Shown here: positions 1-16,030 of the stretch, piece after piece | Numbering within the stretch: the stretch's first letter is position 1 | Layout of the letters: every line of letters begins with the position of its first letter | Assembly: GCF_006345805.1 (NCBI RefSeq) | Contig: NC_043005.1 | Coordinates: 64,976,001-65,040,000 of the forward strand | Origin: Octopus sinensis | Taxonomy: Eukaryota | Reading direction: 5' to 3' | DNA length: 64,000 nucleotides | The notes under the pieces: model-generated | What the model was told of the DNA's origin: nothing | The model's database searches: none | Seen by the model: only the letters and a program-made list of their open reading frames with translations | Made by a program: the position numbers and the translations under genes

Positions 1-994
1 CATTGTCTGCTACCAAACCTAGTATGTACGCTCAACCTGCACTTCATATGTAAACTCTTTGCGTCTCTCCTTCATTTTCTCTCCTCCGTTTTCTACACGA
101 TGTGAAGCTTGAAAGGAAATCATTGACCAACGAATCAAACAACATTTATTATGGCTTTTTTAATAGACATACATACATTCATGAATATATATTTTAAGTT
201 GGAAAGAAAGTCATGTCGCATTTCAAGATGGGAAAGAAACAAATGTTTCTTAAGTCTTATCGATAGCTCTGTTCGCAGTTTTCTTGTCAGCTTCTTAATG
301 ATATTGACTATAGCTGATGAAACCTAAGCAAGTCGTAGTAACTCTATTATTTATGAGTGAAGAACAATCACACATCATCATATAAGTTAACCATACAGTT
401 AGATGGTTTCGGCAGTGGCGATTCACTTCTTTAAGGGAAGTTTTGTAGATAGGACAGGTTTATTGTTCAGGACAGTGAGAGACACCTTTCTTCCTGCCAA
501 CCATTCAGTCACCATATTGTGTGTCTCGCAGTGATCGTAGAGGAATGCATTCAGGCAACCTGTGCCTAATTTATACATCACATTCAGGTACAGATCTGTA
601 ACATTTGGTCACATGCGTCTCCTGTTATCTTTTAACTCATAATGTTGTATATCTAACTGCTAGCCGGTCTGGCTCATGAAGTTCAACGTTTATTGTTAAC
701 AAAGTCTGCCTAATAGAACGTAAGCATTCTGTAGCAATAACCAAGTATTAGGTCTCTCCCAAGTGGTTTCCAATTGGGCAGTTTTGAAACAATTGTCAAA
801 GGAGTTTGACATTATAAGTTTGAGGTCAGACGGTTGCGCAGTACGCATTTTGCAGCTCATCTTACCACATTATTCCAGATCCATCGGCAAATGACTCTAG
901 AGGGACTTTTACAACCTCATTGGTATGACTTTTCTTTCTGTGAAACAGCGCTTGTAGCTTTAGTGCAATCTTGCGATTGACAGATGTTTATCCT

Positions 995-1180
995 CGCAGT
1001 TTTTGTGACTGCGGCCATGCTGGAGCACCGTCTTTAGTCGAACAATTCTTTGTAAGTTTAGTACTTATTCAATCGGTCTCTTTTGCCGAACCGCTAAGCT
1101 ACAGGGACAAAACCCACCAAGATCGGTTGTCAAGCGATGGTGGGGGGGGGGGGACACAGACACACACATACACCGATACA
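995..1180 (-). mobile_element. SINE family A, partial 3' half
   Basis: Matches the reverse complement of the family A 3' half (gactgcggccatgctggagcacc; ggtctcttttgccgaaccgctaag) seen in full copies at 35985 and 58586. Confidence 0.8.
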
Positions 1181-2396
1181 AATGTACATAGGGTAAATGT
1201 GTTTGAAACTTGTGGTTTCTTTGGTATGTTTGCTCCCAAATAACACTTATAGTGTTATTGACACCGCCGGATTGAATGGTACTGCCCAGGTGTCCAAATC
1301 ATAATGATATCCGTGGGGCAGCTGATGATGGAGGTATGTTGGATTATTGGTATGGCTGTTTTTGTATATTTGGAATAATATAACACATCCTTTATATATA
1401 TATGTGTGTGCATACACACATATGTATGTATATCTATCTATATATATTTAAACCTTGTGTTTACCTACTAAGCTCATTCACGGATACTGGCTATCAGACA
1501 AAGGTGTAATCTGGGGATCGTTTACTCTACCAAATAAATGTCTGAAAAGCCACAAGTATGCATAAAGCTTTCATACTGACAAGAATAATGGAGTGACAAA
1601 GTCATTTTACTAAGTCATTTACAATTGTTTCATCTTAATTCAAATAAACAATTTTTGCAACTTTATAAAATAATACATGCATCTATTGATTACTTTTCAT
1701 ATGTCCTTCAGATTAACTCTAATGATAAATGTTTTATACCATTCTTCAGAATTGCGCATAAAATAATACGCAGCAATGAATATATACGCATTACAAATAG
1801 GCATGTTCGCGTGATCACATTTAACATCATACAAACCAATGGAGAAAATATAATTGGTCAAGAAAAGCAAATAAAAAATATTTTTGCTCAAGCGTAATAA
1901 TAAATAATCAGTTGGTTGTCAGGTCTCATATCAGCATCAGAACTTTATAGTCGCTTATCTCATTAAATAGAGATTAATGTCTCGTAAAGCATAATAAAAC
2001 GTAATACAAAACAAGAACAGTTTTGTGCAATGGTATGCAGTAAATTAAATTGGCTTATTACTTAACTGTTAGCTTAGGTTATCGCCAGTGGAAAGAGGAA
2101 AGCAAAGCTCATCACGAGAGGATTTAATTCAGAGTGTAAAGAGTCGGGAACTATAAAGGGAACTATTTTGCTAAGCTATTGCCTGCGCCTGATGCTGAAT
2201 TTAAACACTATAGAAGTATCTGTTCCTAATTGAACTTTGGATTACCTTCCAAAATATACCCGCTAATTGTGTTACGAGTCGATGTTATAATAAAGAAAGG
2301 TGTTTATCAATTAGTTGTGATTATGTAACATTTACCACAAGAAAACTGTTATCAAAGTCTTCTCTGACTAGAAAATTCTTATAAATTTCAGTTTTA

Positions 2397-2429
<33 letters not shown>

Positions 2430-2559
2430 ATATATAATATATATATATATATACCCATACAAACATACATGTAGTTTATATATATATATACACACATACA
2501 AACATACACATATATATATATATACATACATACAATCATATATATATATATATATATAA

Positions 2560-2954
2560 ACTCTTACTCTTTTACTTGTTTCAGTCATTTGACTGTGGTC
2601 ATGCTGGATCACCACCTTTTAGTCGAGCAAATCGACCCCAGGACTTATTCTTTGTAGTACTTATTCTATCGGTCTCTTTTGCCGAACCGCTAAGTTACGA
2701 GGACGTAAACATACCAGCATCGGTTGTCAAGCGATGTTGGGGGGACAAACGCAGACACACAAACACGCACACATATATATATACATATATACGACGGGCT
2801 TCTTTCAGTTTCCGTCTACCAAATTCACTCACAAGGCTTTGGTTGGCCCGAGGTTAGAGTAGAAGACACTTACCCAAGGTGCCACGCAGTGGGACTGAAC
2901 CCGGAACTATGTGGTTCGTAAGCAAGCTACTTACCACACAGTCACTCTTACGCC
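2560..2954 (-). mobile_element. SINE family A (tRNA-derived, octopus OK/OR-type), full length
   Basis: Reverse complement starts ggcgtaagagtgactgtgtggtaag (A-box-like), has a B-box-like gggttcagtccc, an internal TA/TG microsatellite and an (AAAGAGT)n tail. The family name is from memory and not verified. Confidence 0.9.
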
Positions 2955-2963
2955 TATATATAT

Positions 2964-2998
<35 letters not shown>

Positions 2999-3240
2999 CA
3001 AATGAGGTTTTCTAGGTTCTTTAATTATAGAAAATTTCGACTAATCAGAAAACACATTCTATTCATTGAGACATAAGGTCTTAGATTTGTATCCCATCTT
3101 TTCTACTGTCTCCTAGTAATGTTCTGTAACTCTCTCCCTCTTTCTCCTTCTCGCTCTCTACTACATTATTCAATTGTTTTCTTTAAAAATAAGTAATCAC
3201 AATGTTTTTCTTTCTGATATTTTGAGAATATTTCAGATAG

Positions 3241-3288
3241 TTCATTCGGTTATAAGTTTCATTCGGTTATAAGTTTCATTCGGTTATA
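3241..3288. repeat. 17-bp tandem repeat (ttcattcggttataagt) x~2.8
   Basis: Directly visible. Confidence 0.9.
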
Positions 3289-3439
3289 CACAATTATGTG
3301 TAATACTGTGTACATATTGCGTTATTTCTTTTTATATGGCAATTTTTGACTTTCTACTGCACACTCTGTTAACTTCAGTTTCTTTCCTAGCAATGCTTTC
3401 TCTCTCTCTCCTTCCCCCCTCTCTCTCTGTCTCTCTTTG

Positions 3440-3475
<36 letters not shown>

Positions 3476-3781
3476 CCATCTTAATTCAGTTGCATGTTTT
3501 TAGGTTTTAATATTAAATTGTACAATGTGTGTATATATATATATATATTGTTTTTTAAGTGCTTTGGTTTTACTGGGATCTCCCTTTTAAGTAGAAAGAA
3601 TAGCCAAAACTTTTTGACTGCTATTTCTAAATTCGGTATGTGGTGAGGCAAATCGTTGCTGAACCCTTAATCACTTAGTATTACTTAAACCTTTATTGAA
3701 TGGGTCTTTTACATGCCGAACTCTACTTGGTGAAATTAATGATTATTTCTAAATTAATTAATTTATTTCACCCTTTATTAT

Positions 3782-3817
<36 letters not shown>

Positions 3818-3819
<2 letters not shown>

Positions 3820-4057
3820 CCAACATCGGTTGTCAAGCGATGGGGGGGGGCATAGATAGACACACAAACATATACACATATATATGCATATATACGACGG
3901 GTTTCTTTCAATTTCCGGCTACTTAATCCATTCACAAGGCTTTGGTCGCCCCGAGGCTATAGCAGAAGATACTTGCCCAAGGTGCCACGTAGTGGGATCG
4001 AACCCGAAACCATGTGGTTGGGACGCAAGTTTCTTAGCATTCAGCCACGCCTGCGCC
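3818..4057 (-). mobile_element. SINE family A, 5' portion
   Basis: Diverged match to the head and core (cttgcccaaggtgccacgtagtgggatcgaacccg...cagccacgcctgcgcc). Confidence 0.8.
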
Positions 4058-4224
4058 TATGTATGTATGTATGTAGTATGTATGTATGTATGTATGTATG
4101 TATGTATGTATGTATGTATCGATGGAAAAGTAATGCAGAAAAACAAGGTGTAATTTTTATTTGATTTTAATTTGACTTTTTTCTAATTATGATTCCCAAT
4201 TTCTTTTTCTTTTTATATTTTTTT

Positions 4225-4415
4225 GCACGCTAGGAAAATGCCTGGCGACATTTCATCCGATCTATCGTTCTGAGTTCAAGTGCCGCCGGGATCGATTTGT
4301 CTTTCATCCTTTTGGAGTCGATAAAATAAGTATCAGTCTAGTACTAGGGTCGATGTGATCGATTTACCCCTGCTCCCCCTCAAAAAAAAAAAAAAACTGG
4401 TCCTGTACCAAAATT
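4225..4415 (+). mobile_element. SINE family B (MetaSINE-like), diverged
   Basis: Contains gttctgagttcaa...tttcatccttttggagtcgataaaataagta, shared with the other family B copies. Confidence 0.7.
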
Positions 4416-4898
4416 TAAAATCATTATTTATGACTTCTTAAGGCGGTGGATGTGATGCAAAGGATGATATGTCGGTGATGAATTTGTTGATGTAAACAGT
4501 TGTTATGCTACAGGCCTTAGAATATACCCACATGATCCCTGCTATTTGTAGCAAACTAAACGGCCAAGTAGATAGGCTACATTTGAGTTTTTTTTAGAGA
4601 GAATGAGAGAGTGAGAGAGAGAGAGAGAGAGAGATTACGATTTATAAAATAATAAAAGAAAGGAGACAAAGGAAAATTAGACATAACCTAGAATGTTTTT
4701 TGTAATAAAATCGAATTTTCCAGAAATATCGGCATAATTTTCAAAAAGGAAAAGATATCAGAAGTGAATATCGATTTTTGGTATGTTATAGGCCTTAGAA
4801 TATATCCACAAGATCCCTACTATTCGTAGCAAGCTAAACGACCGCGTAGATAGGTTACTTTGAGTTTAAGAGAGAGGGAGGGGAGAGAGGAAGAAAGA

Positions 4899-5018
4899 CA
4901 AGTACTTCATTTTATCGATTACGAAAGAATGAAAGGCAAAGTCAACCACGGCGATGTCTGAAAGTAGAACGTAAAGCCGAACGAAATGACGCTAAACATT
5001 TTGTCCGGCTTGCTAACG
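4899..5018 (-). mobile_element. SINE family B fragment
   Basis: Reverse complement of the family B head and core (gaaaggcaaagtcaac...agaacgtaaag). Confidence 0.65.
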
Positions 5019-5223
5019 CCCCCCCCCACCTGCTCGTAGCCTTATACACAGCATTTATATTACTATATATATTATATTACTGAAAGACAAGAGGGTTGTC
5101 TTTCTGCTAGTAATACGTAGACATCTACACCAAGATCCGTCGAATATCATGCTGTTATTGCGATAATCATATTTTATTTCAGTTTAAACTAAATGACTAA
5201 CATACTCATGTAAATTCCATTAG

Positions 5224-5700
5224 TTCGAGGGGATACCCAAAAGTAACCGGAAACGTTTTCCGAGGTCGACTTTACCTTTCATCCTTTCGGGGTCGATAAA
5301 TTAAGTACCAGTTACGCACTGGGGTCGATGTAATCGACTTAATCCGCTTGTCTGTCCTTGTTTGTCCCCTCTGTGTTTAGCCCCTTGTGGGTAGTAAAGA
5401 AATAGGAAACGTTCTCTGTGGGACAAGCCCGTTGCAGTTCGGGCTCCGCCGCTAGAAGCTACTTGATGCAACCCTCAAGCATTATTCTACCGACCGGCAT
5501 CATCCTGTCAGGTCGTATTGCCACGTGGTGCGTCTTTGTTTTGCAGAGCTTCTCCCGTTTGTTGATTTTTGCGATGGCTGAAACAAAGGAACAGTGTGCT
5601 TCTGTGAAATTTTGTTTTCTACTGGGGAAAATTACGGCCGAAACAGTTGTCATGCGTGAAACAGCTTATAAAGACGCTGCCATGAGCAATACAAGTTGAG
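5224..5700 (+). mobile_element. Mariner transposon 5' fragment, interrupted by a SINE
   Basis: TIR-like start cgaggggatacccaaaagtaaccgg; the ORF contains MAETKEQCASVKFCFLLGKITAETVVMRETAYKDAAMS, typical of a mariner N-terminal HTH. Confidence 0.75.
5258..5404 (+). mobile_element. 5'-truncated SINE family B with 9-bp TSD
   Basis: TSD ggaaacgtt at 5249-5257 and 5405-5413; the insertion sits inside the mariner fragment. Confidence 0.9.
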
Positions 5701-6049
5701 CTGGTGCTACGGAATTTGCAGATGTGGAAGGGGTGAAGAAAAAACGACGGAGGCGTTAAAAGCATTACTTCGTAAGAGTTCCAGCACTACTTCGAACAGT
5801 GGAAAACGCGCTTAGACTGATGCATTGCTTCAAATGGAAAATAGTATGAAAGCGATAAAAGTGTAAACATGTAAAACTAAGTGAATAAAATAATATTGCA
5901 AAATCTCAGTTTCTTTTGGTTGCCCCCTCGTATATTAACTTACATTTTTTCCCAATCAAGCAAATATCGAGCACTCAGTATCCAGCTTTTAGCAAGGGAA
6001 TATCGAATTCTTCGGAGCATTTGTGTCCTGTGTTTAGCACTGAAAGCTA

Positions 6050-6450
6050 TGAGTTTTTAGTCTATTCTACTGGTCTCCTACTGTATATACCTGGATACTG
6101 CACCTTGCCCAGTGATTGTTTATAGCTAGGTGGCGTGGCCATCGTTATATCTCCAGTAAATTTGCGCTATTTGAAGTCGGTATGGAGTGATAGATAATTG
6201 ATCATATATTTTGTTGATGAATTGTTTTATAACTCTTCGAGAATGGAACACTAGACATGTTTTGACCCAGAGCTGAGTGTCTATGATACACAACTTTTAA
6301 CTAGGATCGATAGCTTGTAAATATATGGAGATGAAGCCAAAGTATTTCTTCTTAATAATTGATAATTGGGTGGTAACTCTTTATATAGACACAACCCGAT
6401 TATTTTCACACTGCTGTATGAAGTATCATTAAATGCCTAAGTTTTTCTAT
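6050..6450 (+). pseudogene. Possible decayed LINE APE endonuclease fragment
   Basis: Reads YIPGYCTLPSDCL*LGGVAIVIS, resembling the IPGY...DR...GGVAI motif; the rest is heavily degenerate. Confidence 0.3.
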
Positions 6451-7350
6451 ACGTATCATACAGAAAGCTGGAACTAAAATAATGATGTTCATTAAAAAGA
6501 TGTTTAGTTAACAGGACATACCTTTTGGAAGAGATGAATAAATAAACGATATAGTTTTCCTATGTTGTTATGATGTTTGACTTGTAATTGATTACTAATA
6601 AAACCAAGTCACTCAGATCTTTTTCTATTTAATTTGTAAATGGAAACTGAGATTACTCTTAGAACTACTCTAAACTGTCAGATTGCTTGTGTAAGAGAAT
6701 AAATATTCTATTTTTTATCAATGTACAATTTTTTCTTTAGTAGGTTTGTTTTGGGTTTCGGAAACACGAAGATAAAATAATAATGTGTCTCCTACACATT
6801 AAAAACGCTGACAATAAGAGTATAAACAAATAAATATTTAAATAACCAAATGACCGGGCTTTTAGAAGCTTTTTTACCATTCGAACTGCTCTTGTTACTG
6901 TCGTAGGATATACAATCGATTTAGCCACCATCCAAGTCAATTGCTCCGCTGCTTGATTTGACCCCAAAAAGTTGAGATTATTAACTTAATTTTTGCATTA
7001 AACCCTGTCTTATGTATAAATATAATGCGTCTATAGTATTTCTTCTTCATCTATTCTTACATACGTATATGTTGCATTCATTGATACCTAAATGTTTTCA
7101 TGACATCAGTGTTTTTAATCCATTTCGCTCTGCTGAAATTGCATCGGCACGCTTTTAAATCCGAGCCTCATGCTAATTACAGTAGTATGACTTCATGCAC
7201 TGTCTGTAGCAGTGTTTCTAACTGTTTATCAGCAGCTGCATACATGAGGTCGGGTATATAAAAAGATAGTTAAATATTCTCAGATAGTATTTGTATTCAA
7301 GTCCCTTCGAGTTTAACAATACACGCTTTGAATGGAATGCATCAGCTTAT

Positions 7351-9413
<2,063 letters not shown>

Positions 9414-12400
9414 CAGTAGTTTTATTTTTATAGCGTGCTTTCACTTCACTACCGAGCGCAGCTCTGTGTGCCTTGGGTATGTGCTGTGATTTGTTGTGAT
9501 GCTCTGATGGTTATTGTATGGAAAGTGTTCTGCGTAGGATGTGTGCAGTGCCTAGTAGTGCAATTTTCTGTATGTTATATGTGTTTGTAAGTCCTGGTGT
9601 TTTTGTTATGTATTTGTCTGAATATTTTTTTATCATGCCTAATGCACCTACTATGATAGGAATTGTTTCTGTTTTCAGGTTCCACATTCTAGTTACCTCT
9701 ATTTCCAGGTCTTTGTATTTTGAGAGTTTCTCCATTTCTTTTAGAGGCACGTTGTCATCTGCCGGTATTGATACATCAATTAGAAAGAATTTGTTTCCTT
9801 CATGATCTCTGACAACTATATCTGGTCTGTTGGCCTTAATTTCTCTATCTGTGTGTATCGGCATATCCCAGAGTATGGTTGCTTTCTCGTTTTCTGTGAC
9901 CTTTTCTGGTGTGTACCTATACCATCTTTTTTCTGTTGCTATTCCATAATGTTGGCATAGCTTCCAGTGTATGTAGGTTCCAACTCTGTCATGTCTGTGA
10001 ATATATTCCTTCTAAGCCAGGACTGGGCAGCCAGAGATAATATGATTTATTGTTTCTTGTCCATCTCCACATATTCTGCAGTTACTTGTAATATTTCTTT
10101 TCATTACATGTTTTTGGTAATTTCTGGTGAGGAGGCTTTGGTCTTGTGCTGCAATTAAAAATCCCTCTGTTTCTGCTTTGAGTCCTGAGCTTCTCAACCA
10201 TTGCTGGGATTTTTCTTTGTCTATTTCTTTTGCGTTTAGTTTAGTGCAGTATTTACCATGAAGGGGTTTTTCTTGCCATCGTTTTATCATGGCTCGTTGC
10301 TGTTCTATTTTTAGTTTGGATTTCATTTGTTTTATAGCTTTTGTTGTTTCTTTATCATCATCTTCTTCTTCTTTGTGTTTAATAGGTGGTATGATTTCTT
10401 GTTTGTATTTGTCAGCTTCCTTAAATACTGAGAACAGTTTTTTGTTTTGCTCGTGTTTTGCTGCTATCTGGATCAGTTTTTCTTCCTTCTGAAGTAGGTA
10501 TTTTTGCAGTCCTATGGTGGTTATTTTATAGTAGTTTTCCAGCTGTATAAGGCCTCTGCCACCTTCTATACGTTGTATATATAGTCTTTCTATGTCAGAT
10601 TTTGGGTGATGCATCCTAGATCCTGTCAGTATTTTTCTTGTTTTCTATCTATTTTGGACAGTTCATTTCGTGTCCAGTTAAGGATATTGTAGCTGTAACT
10701 TATAACTGGGACAGCTAAAGTGTTGATACCTATTATCTTGTTTTTAGCATTGAGCTCTGTTTTTAGTATTGATCTAACTCGTCTATAATATTCTTTTTTT
10801 ATTTTCTCTTTCATTTGTGTGTGTTGTGTCTTATCTAGTTCATGGATTCCTAAGTATTTGTAAGTTTGGCTTTGGTCTAATTCTTTTTTCATTGGTTTTA
10901 TCTAGTGTGATGTTGTTACTCTTAACTAGTTTTCCTCTTTTCATGGTTACTTTGGCGCATTTTTCTAATCCAAATTTCATATATATTTCTTTGGTAAATC
11001 CATGAACTGTCTTTAATAGTGTTTCCAGCTGTTTGTCATTTGCAGCGTATAGTTTTAGGTCATCCATATATAAAAGGTGGCTGATCGTTTTGCCGTAACA
11101 TTTATATCCGATCCAGTTCTATTTAGCATATCAGATAGAGGTGAAGTGACAGGAAGCAGAAAAGGAGTGGAGAGAGCGTGTCTCCCTGGAATATTCCTCT
11201 TCTAATGGGGATGTCTTTGGTTTTCATGAGTCCCTCTTTTGTTTGGAGGTGTAGGACTGTTTGCCATTTATTCATAGAGTGCTCTATGAATTTTATGATT
11301 GTTGGTGCTACTTTGTTAATGGCTAGTGTTTCGAGGATCCATGTGTGGGGGATGCTATCAAACGCCTTTTTGTAGTCAATCCAGGCCATACTGAGGCCTT
11401 TCTTCTTTCTGTGGCTGTCTTCAGTTACGGCTTTATTAATCATTAGTTGATCTTTACAGCCATATGAGCCCTTGCGGCATCCTTTCTGCTCTTCTGAGAA
11501 CAGTTTGTTTTCGTCCAGGTGCTTGTTCAGCCTTTGCGATATCACTGCAGTAAATGCCTTGAACATAGTAGGGAGGCAGGTTATTGGTCTGTAGTTTTCT
11601 AGTTTTGTTGTTTCATTTGATTTAGGAATTAAGATGGTTTTCCCCTTCGTGAGCCATTCAGGCATTGTCTCTGGCTCTGCTAGTATGCTGTTAAAGTTTT
11701 CAGCCAGCTTTTTGTGCATTCCTGTTAGATATTTCAACCAGAAGTTGGGGATCTTGTCATGCCCAGGTGCCTTCCAGTTGCTTAGTTTTTGCAGTGCCTG
11801 GGTGACCTCTTCAGTTGTTATGGGGGTCCAAAGTTGTTCAGATGCCGAGTTTGTTATTTTCATACTCCTTTTTTTGGCTGTTCGTTCGCCGACCATATTT
11901 CTTTCCAGAATTCTTCCAATTCTTCTGCCGTTGGTGCTGCAGTGACTTCTATTTTATTTTTGCCCAGTTCTTGGTAGAACTTTTTGGGGTCGGAGTTGAA
12001 CTTTTTGTTCTGTTCAAAGAAGCGTTGGCGTTTCTCGTACCGGCGGATCCTTTGAGCTTTGGCAAGGTTATCTTGCTTCAGCTTTTCTTTTATCTCCGGC
12101 AAATCTTTTTCTGTGATGTTATATTTGCGGAGCATTTTTGTTCTCTTTTTGTTGCTTAGTAGCGTTGCTTGTTTGCTGATTTCATTAAGAATCGACAGGT
12201 CTTTTCTAATTTTTTTTTTATTTTGTTTTGGATGTTATTTATCCACAGGGTTTGTTTGGGTGGTGGTACTCCTGTTTGGGCGGGTTTGGGTGAGTATCCA
12301 GCTTCTTTTGTGGCTGCTGCGTATATCAAGTCATTTAGTTCAGTGATATCACTTTTTTTGTTTCAGTGGCTAGTTCAGTGACGGCTAGGTTTATGTTGTT

Positions 12401-13366
12401 ATAATGGGTGTGTTATTGCGTTTATTTTTATTCTTGGGAGGTATGGTCGGTGGTCCATTTTGAGCTCTGTGGTTTTTAGTTTTCTGATTATTTTATTTTT
12501 TATATTATCATAATCATTAGGCTCCCCTTCGTTGTTTACATCGTGTTTGTTGGGAATGTTGCGTTTGTCTTCGTGTTTTACAGTTTCAGTGTTTATATTA
12601 TTGGGCATTGTTGTGTGGCTTCTATCTACATTTTCCTGGTGTATTTTTTCTTTTAAATGTTCTATTTCTATTTCTGATATTTTTTTGGCTTTGAGAATGT
12701 ATCTTCGTACGTTAGCTAATTTATTAGGGTTCATTGCTGTATCCAAGTCTATATCTCTATTATTTTCCTTCCATATTTTATATGTATGTGTTGTTGTATT
12801 TTCATTTGTGGGTGTAGAGCATTGCTGTGAAGTATGTGTGTAAGATAGAAATGTATTCCTCACGTGTCCATTTACGTCTTTTGGGTTTTAATTGCGGGAC
12901 ATGAGGTACAACGCCCGGCCCATTATTTTGACGGTCGTCATTTTGTAGGGTAGTACCGGTCCGTTTATTTCTGTTGTCACATTATTTCGCACGTGTAGTT
13001 TTTCGTACATTTTTTGTTGTAGGTTTAATGTACGTACCGCTCGATTGTTATTCTTGGGTTGAATAGTATCGGTGGCATTTAATTTCTTCGTAGTTCCTTT
13101 GTACATGGTGTTTGAGGTCGGGGATGATCGTGTTGTTCCACGCATGTTTACATGTGTTGTGTTAGAGGTGGAGATAATATCGAGTCAAAATACATCATTT
13201 CGTTTCGAAAATAGTAATAAATTTCAATTCGTATTACTTACTCGGATATAGTCCAATTCTTTGTTAGTAAATCTTTGGCTCCATAGGGTGTCCTTGTTTT
13301 CGATGTTTGTGGATAGATTTCGGAGCTCTGTATTTTCCTTCTTACATCTTAAACGTCCCCGGTGTC
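9414..13366 (-). mobile_element. Dong/R4-clade RLE non-LTR retrotransposon, near full length (~3.95 kb), frameshifted
   Basis: Collinear ORF pieces: N-terminal KRRKWTREEY, RT (YRPITCLPT, WIDYKKAFDSIPH, GIFQGDTLSPLLF, YMDDLKLY), CCHC (CRICGDGQETINHIISGC) and PD..D RLE (RPDIVV...FLIDVSIP). Flanked on both sides by (TAA)n, the known Dong target. Confidence 0.93.
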
Positions 13367-13430
<64 letters not shown>

Positions 13431-13436
13431 CATTAT
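13367..13436. repeat. (TAT/TAA)n microsatellite at the Dong 5' end
   Basis: Directly visible. Confidence 0.97.
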
Positions 13437-13957
13437 TGATCAACTGAAAGCTATTGCTACATGGCATCAGCTTGATAAATTGGCAGGTTTTCAGAGGCTG
13501 GATCGTATTGGTGCACTTTGACTGTTCTCATATACTACAGAGTATGCAAATTTTGCAATACGCTATGTCAGACGCAACCCATTTATGGATAGCTATTCTG
13601 CCGCGTTTATGGCAAACATTTTATTCACCATTTGAATTTATCTAACCGCACTATTGACCATAAATCGCTGACGTGACTTTCTGAAATTCATAATGCACAC
13701 ATGCCCATAAACGTAAGGAAAAACGCCTTAACCTTTGGTCCCGCCACTCCACAAACAAACGATTTTCTATTCCGCAATTTCCTTTTCTCCTTCTCCGCTG
13801 ACCTGTTATTATGAAATATCTTTTTAGTTAGCGACACTGTGCTTGGGACTTTCTCTTTTATCAAAACAAAATATATTATATTTTTTTCTCTTTCTTTGCT
13901 TATGTTAAGGTGCTTGTATATGTTAAAAAGTATATAGACACTGAAATATCTATTTCT

Positions 13958-14529
13958 AATTTCTTTATTACCCACAAGGAGCTAAACATAGAGGGGACAA
14001 ACAAAGGCATGAAGTCGATTAGATCGACCCCAGTGCGTAACTGGTACTTAATTTATCGACCCCGAAAGGATGAAAGGCAAAATTTGAACCCAGAACGTAA
14101 CAGCAGACGAAATACCTATTTCTTTACTACCCACAAGGGGCTAAACACAGAGAGGACAAACAAGGACAGACAAACGGATTAAGTCGATATATCGACCTCA
14201 GTGCGTAACTGGTACTTATTTAATCGACTCCGAAAAGATGAAAGGCAAAGTTGACCTCGACGGAATTTGAACTCAGAACGTAGTGGCAGACGAAATACCT
14301 ATTTCTTTACTACCCACAAGGGGCTAAACATAGAGGGGACAAACATGGACAGACATAGGTATTAAGTCGATTATATCGACCCCAGTGAGTAACTGGTACT
14401 TTATTTATCGACCCCGAAAGGATGACAGGCAAAGTCGACCTCGGCGGAATTTGAACTCAGAACGTAGCGACAGACGAAATACCGCTAAGCATTTCGCCCG
14501 GCGTGCTGACGATTCTGCCAGCTCGCCAC
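13958..14529 (-). mobile_element. SINE family B trimer (one head plus three body units)
   Basis: Unit junctions at 14116/14117 and 14299/14300; flanked by repeats of ctgaaatatctatttct. Confidence 0.9.
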
Positions 14530-15441
14530 CTGAAATATCTATTTCTGACACTGAAATATCTATTTCTGCTTAACTCATCCTAACCCTACTTCATTCCATT
14601 ACTCTGATCAATGACGCATCATCAACACTTACCTTTGCTTCTGATACTCAAGTTATCCTCAACAGTTTCTGTCAAGCTCGTCGCATTCCACCCACTCCTA
14701 CAATTTACTTTATCACTCTACGTACTGACTTACCTACACCCTACTACAATTACCTTCTATCCATAATTCCTTCTCCGGGTTTTCACTCTCCCTATTCTCT
14801 CTCCCTTTTAATTTGTATAGTCTTAGTACTACCTCAAAACTTTTCAAACAATTTATCTTTCTCTCAAATGATGTATCAGTTACGAAAATCGAGTATTCAT
14901 AATACCACACGGCATAGGAATTTATCTAAATCCACACCTTCACTATAGAGCCTGCAGCAACTTTTATTGATTGTTTGTATAAAGCAAAACGAGATATCTG
15001 ATTAGTCAGTGAACTTTTACTGGTGCAACGAGAAAATACAAAGGTGTTTAAGAAACTATGTCATGTTAAAACTAAAACTTAAGACTTTGCGATAAAAATT
15101 GTATGTATGTGTATAAGTGTGATACATAAGGCTACGTTATTCTCGAGATATGAAGGGGATTAGAGAAGTGGAATAAAAACCGATTGATGTCTTGTTTAAC
15201 CATGAGAATGGTTTTTCCTTCTCGTCAATTTTCCGAAGTTTACACAATTCACTATATGATATACAATTCGCCTCCAACAGAATTAGTATTCAGTATGCAG
15301 AACACTCTTCCTAGATATTTTCATTTAGCAATCTCATTAATATTTATAATTAGTATTCAGTCCTCCTCTCTCCCTCTTTTCTATGTATTTATCCATGTAT
15401 ATATATATATATATACATGTGTACTTATATACATACAGATA

Positions 15442-15499
<58 letters not shown>

Positions 15500-15719
15500 A
15501 TACTTGGAAACGGTCATATACATAGATATGTATATACATATATATATAATATATATATATTATATATATATATATTATAATGTATGTATGTATGTATATA
15601 TATATATTTCTTTCACTTTCTCTCTTTCTCTTTCTCTTCCTTTTTCTCCGCACCCGCTCCGCCGTTGCCTGTCTCCCGTTTCCCCCACCTACTACCCGTC
15701 CACCCTACCCCTCCAGCAC

Positions 15720-16030
15720 ACCATGCTTCGAGTCTTCCGGTCTCACGCCATTTACGCTCTATCTGTTATTCACTACAACAACTGTCTGTGTTCGGACTGT
15801 CTTCGCACAAGGGACATCGGGACTCCCCACTTCGCCATGAACAGGAATTAATCTTCTCTCTTCGCTCCTTTGCGCCACATGGGCTCATCTCCCCTCCTCA
15901 ATTCATCCGATACCTACTTCGTCTCTTCACTCCTACTTACCCCCTCTATTCATTGTTACCATTATAACAGGAACCGTACAGAAGCCAGCATCATTCCACA
16001 TCCTGAAGATGAGGACGAGAAAGCCTGGAA
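15720..16030 (+). mobile_element. Penelope-like element 3' fragment (GIY-YIG C-terminus)
   Basis: [52 protein letters not shown] matches the PLE pattern PV.RHF...H...L.V.GL...R..RE..LI..L....P.GLN. Confidence 0.7.

Noticed and set aside
1276-1333. Possible first coding exon MVLPRCPNHNDIRGAADDG followed by gtatgt
   Set aside because: Too short, no recognisable homology and no supported downstream exon.
14560-14830. CT-rich stretch resembling a second Penelope 3' end
   Set aside because: No motif could be read with confidence.
15995-16030. CTGAAGA...GAAA after the Penelope GIY-YIG fragment as a hammerhead
   Set aside because: No pairable stem II and no cleavage triplet in register.
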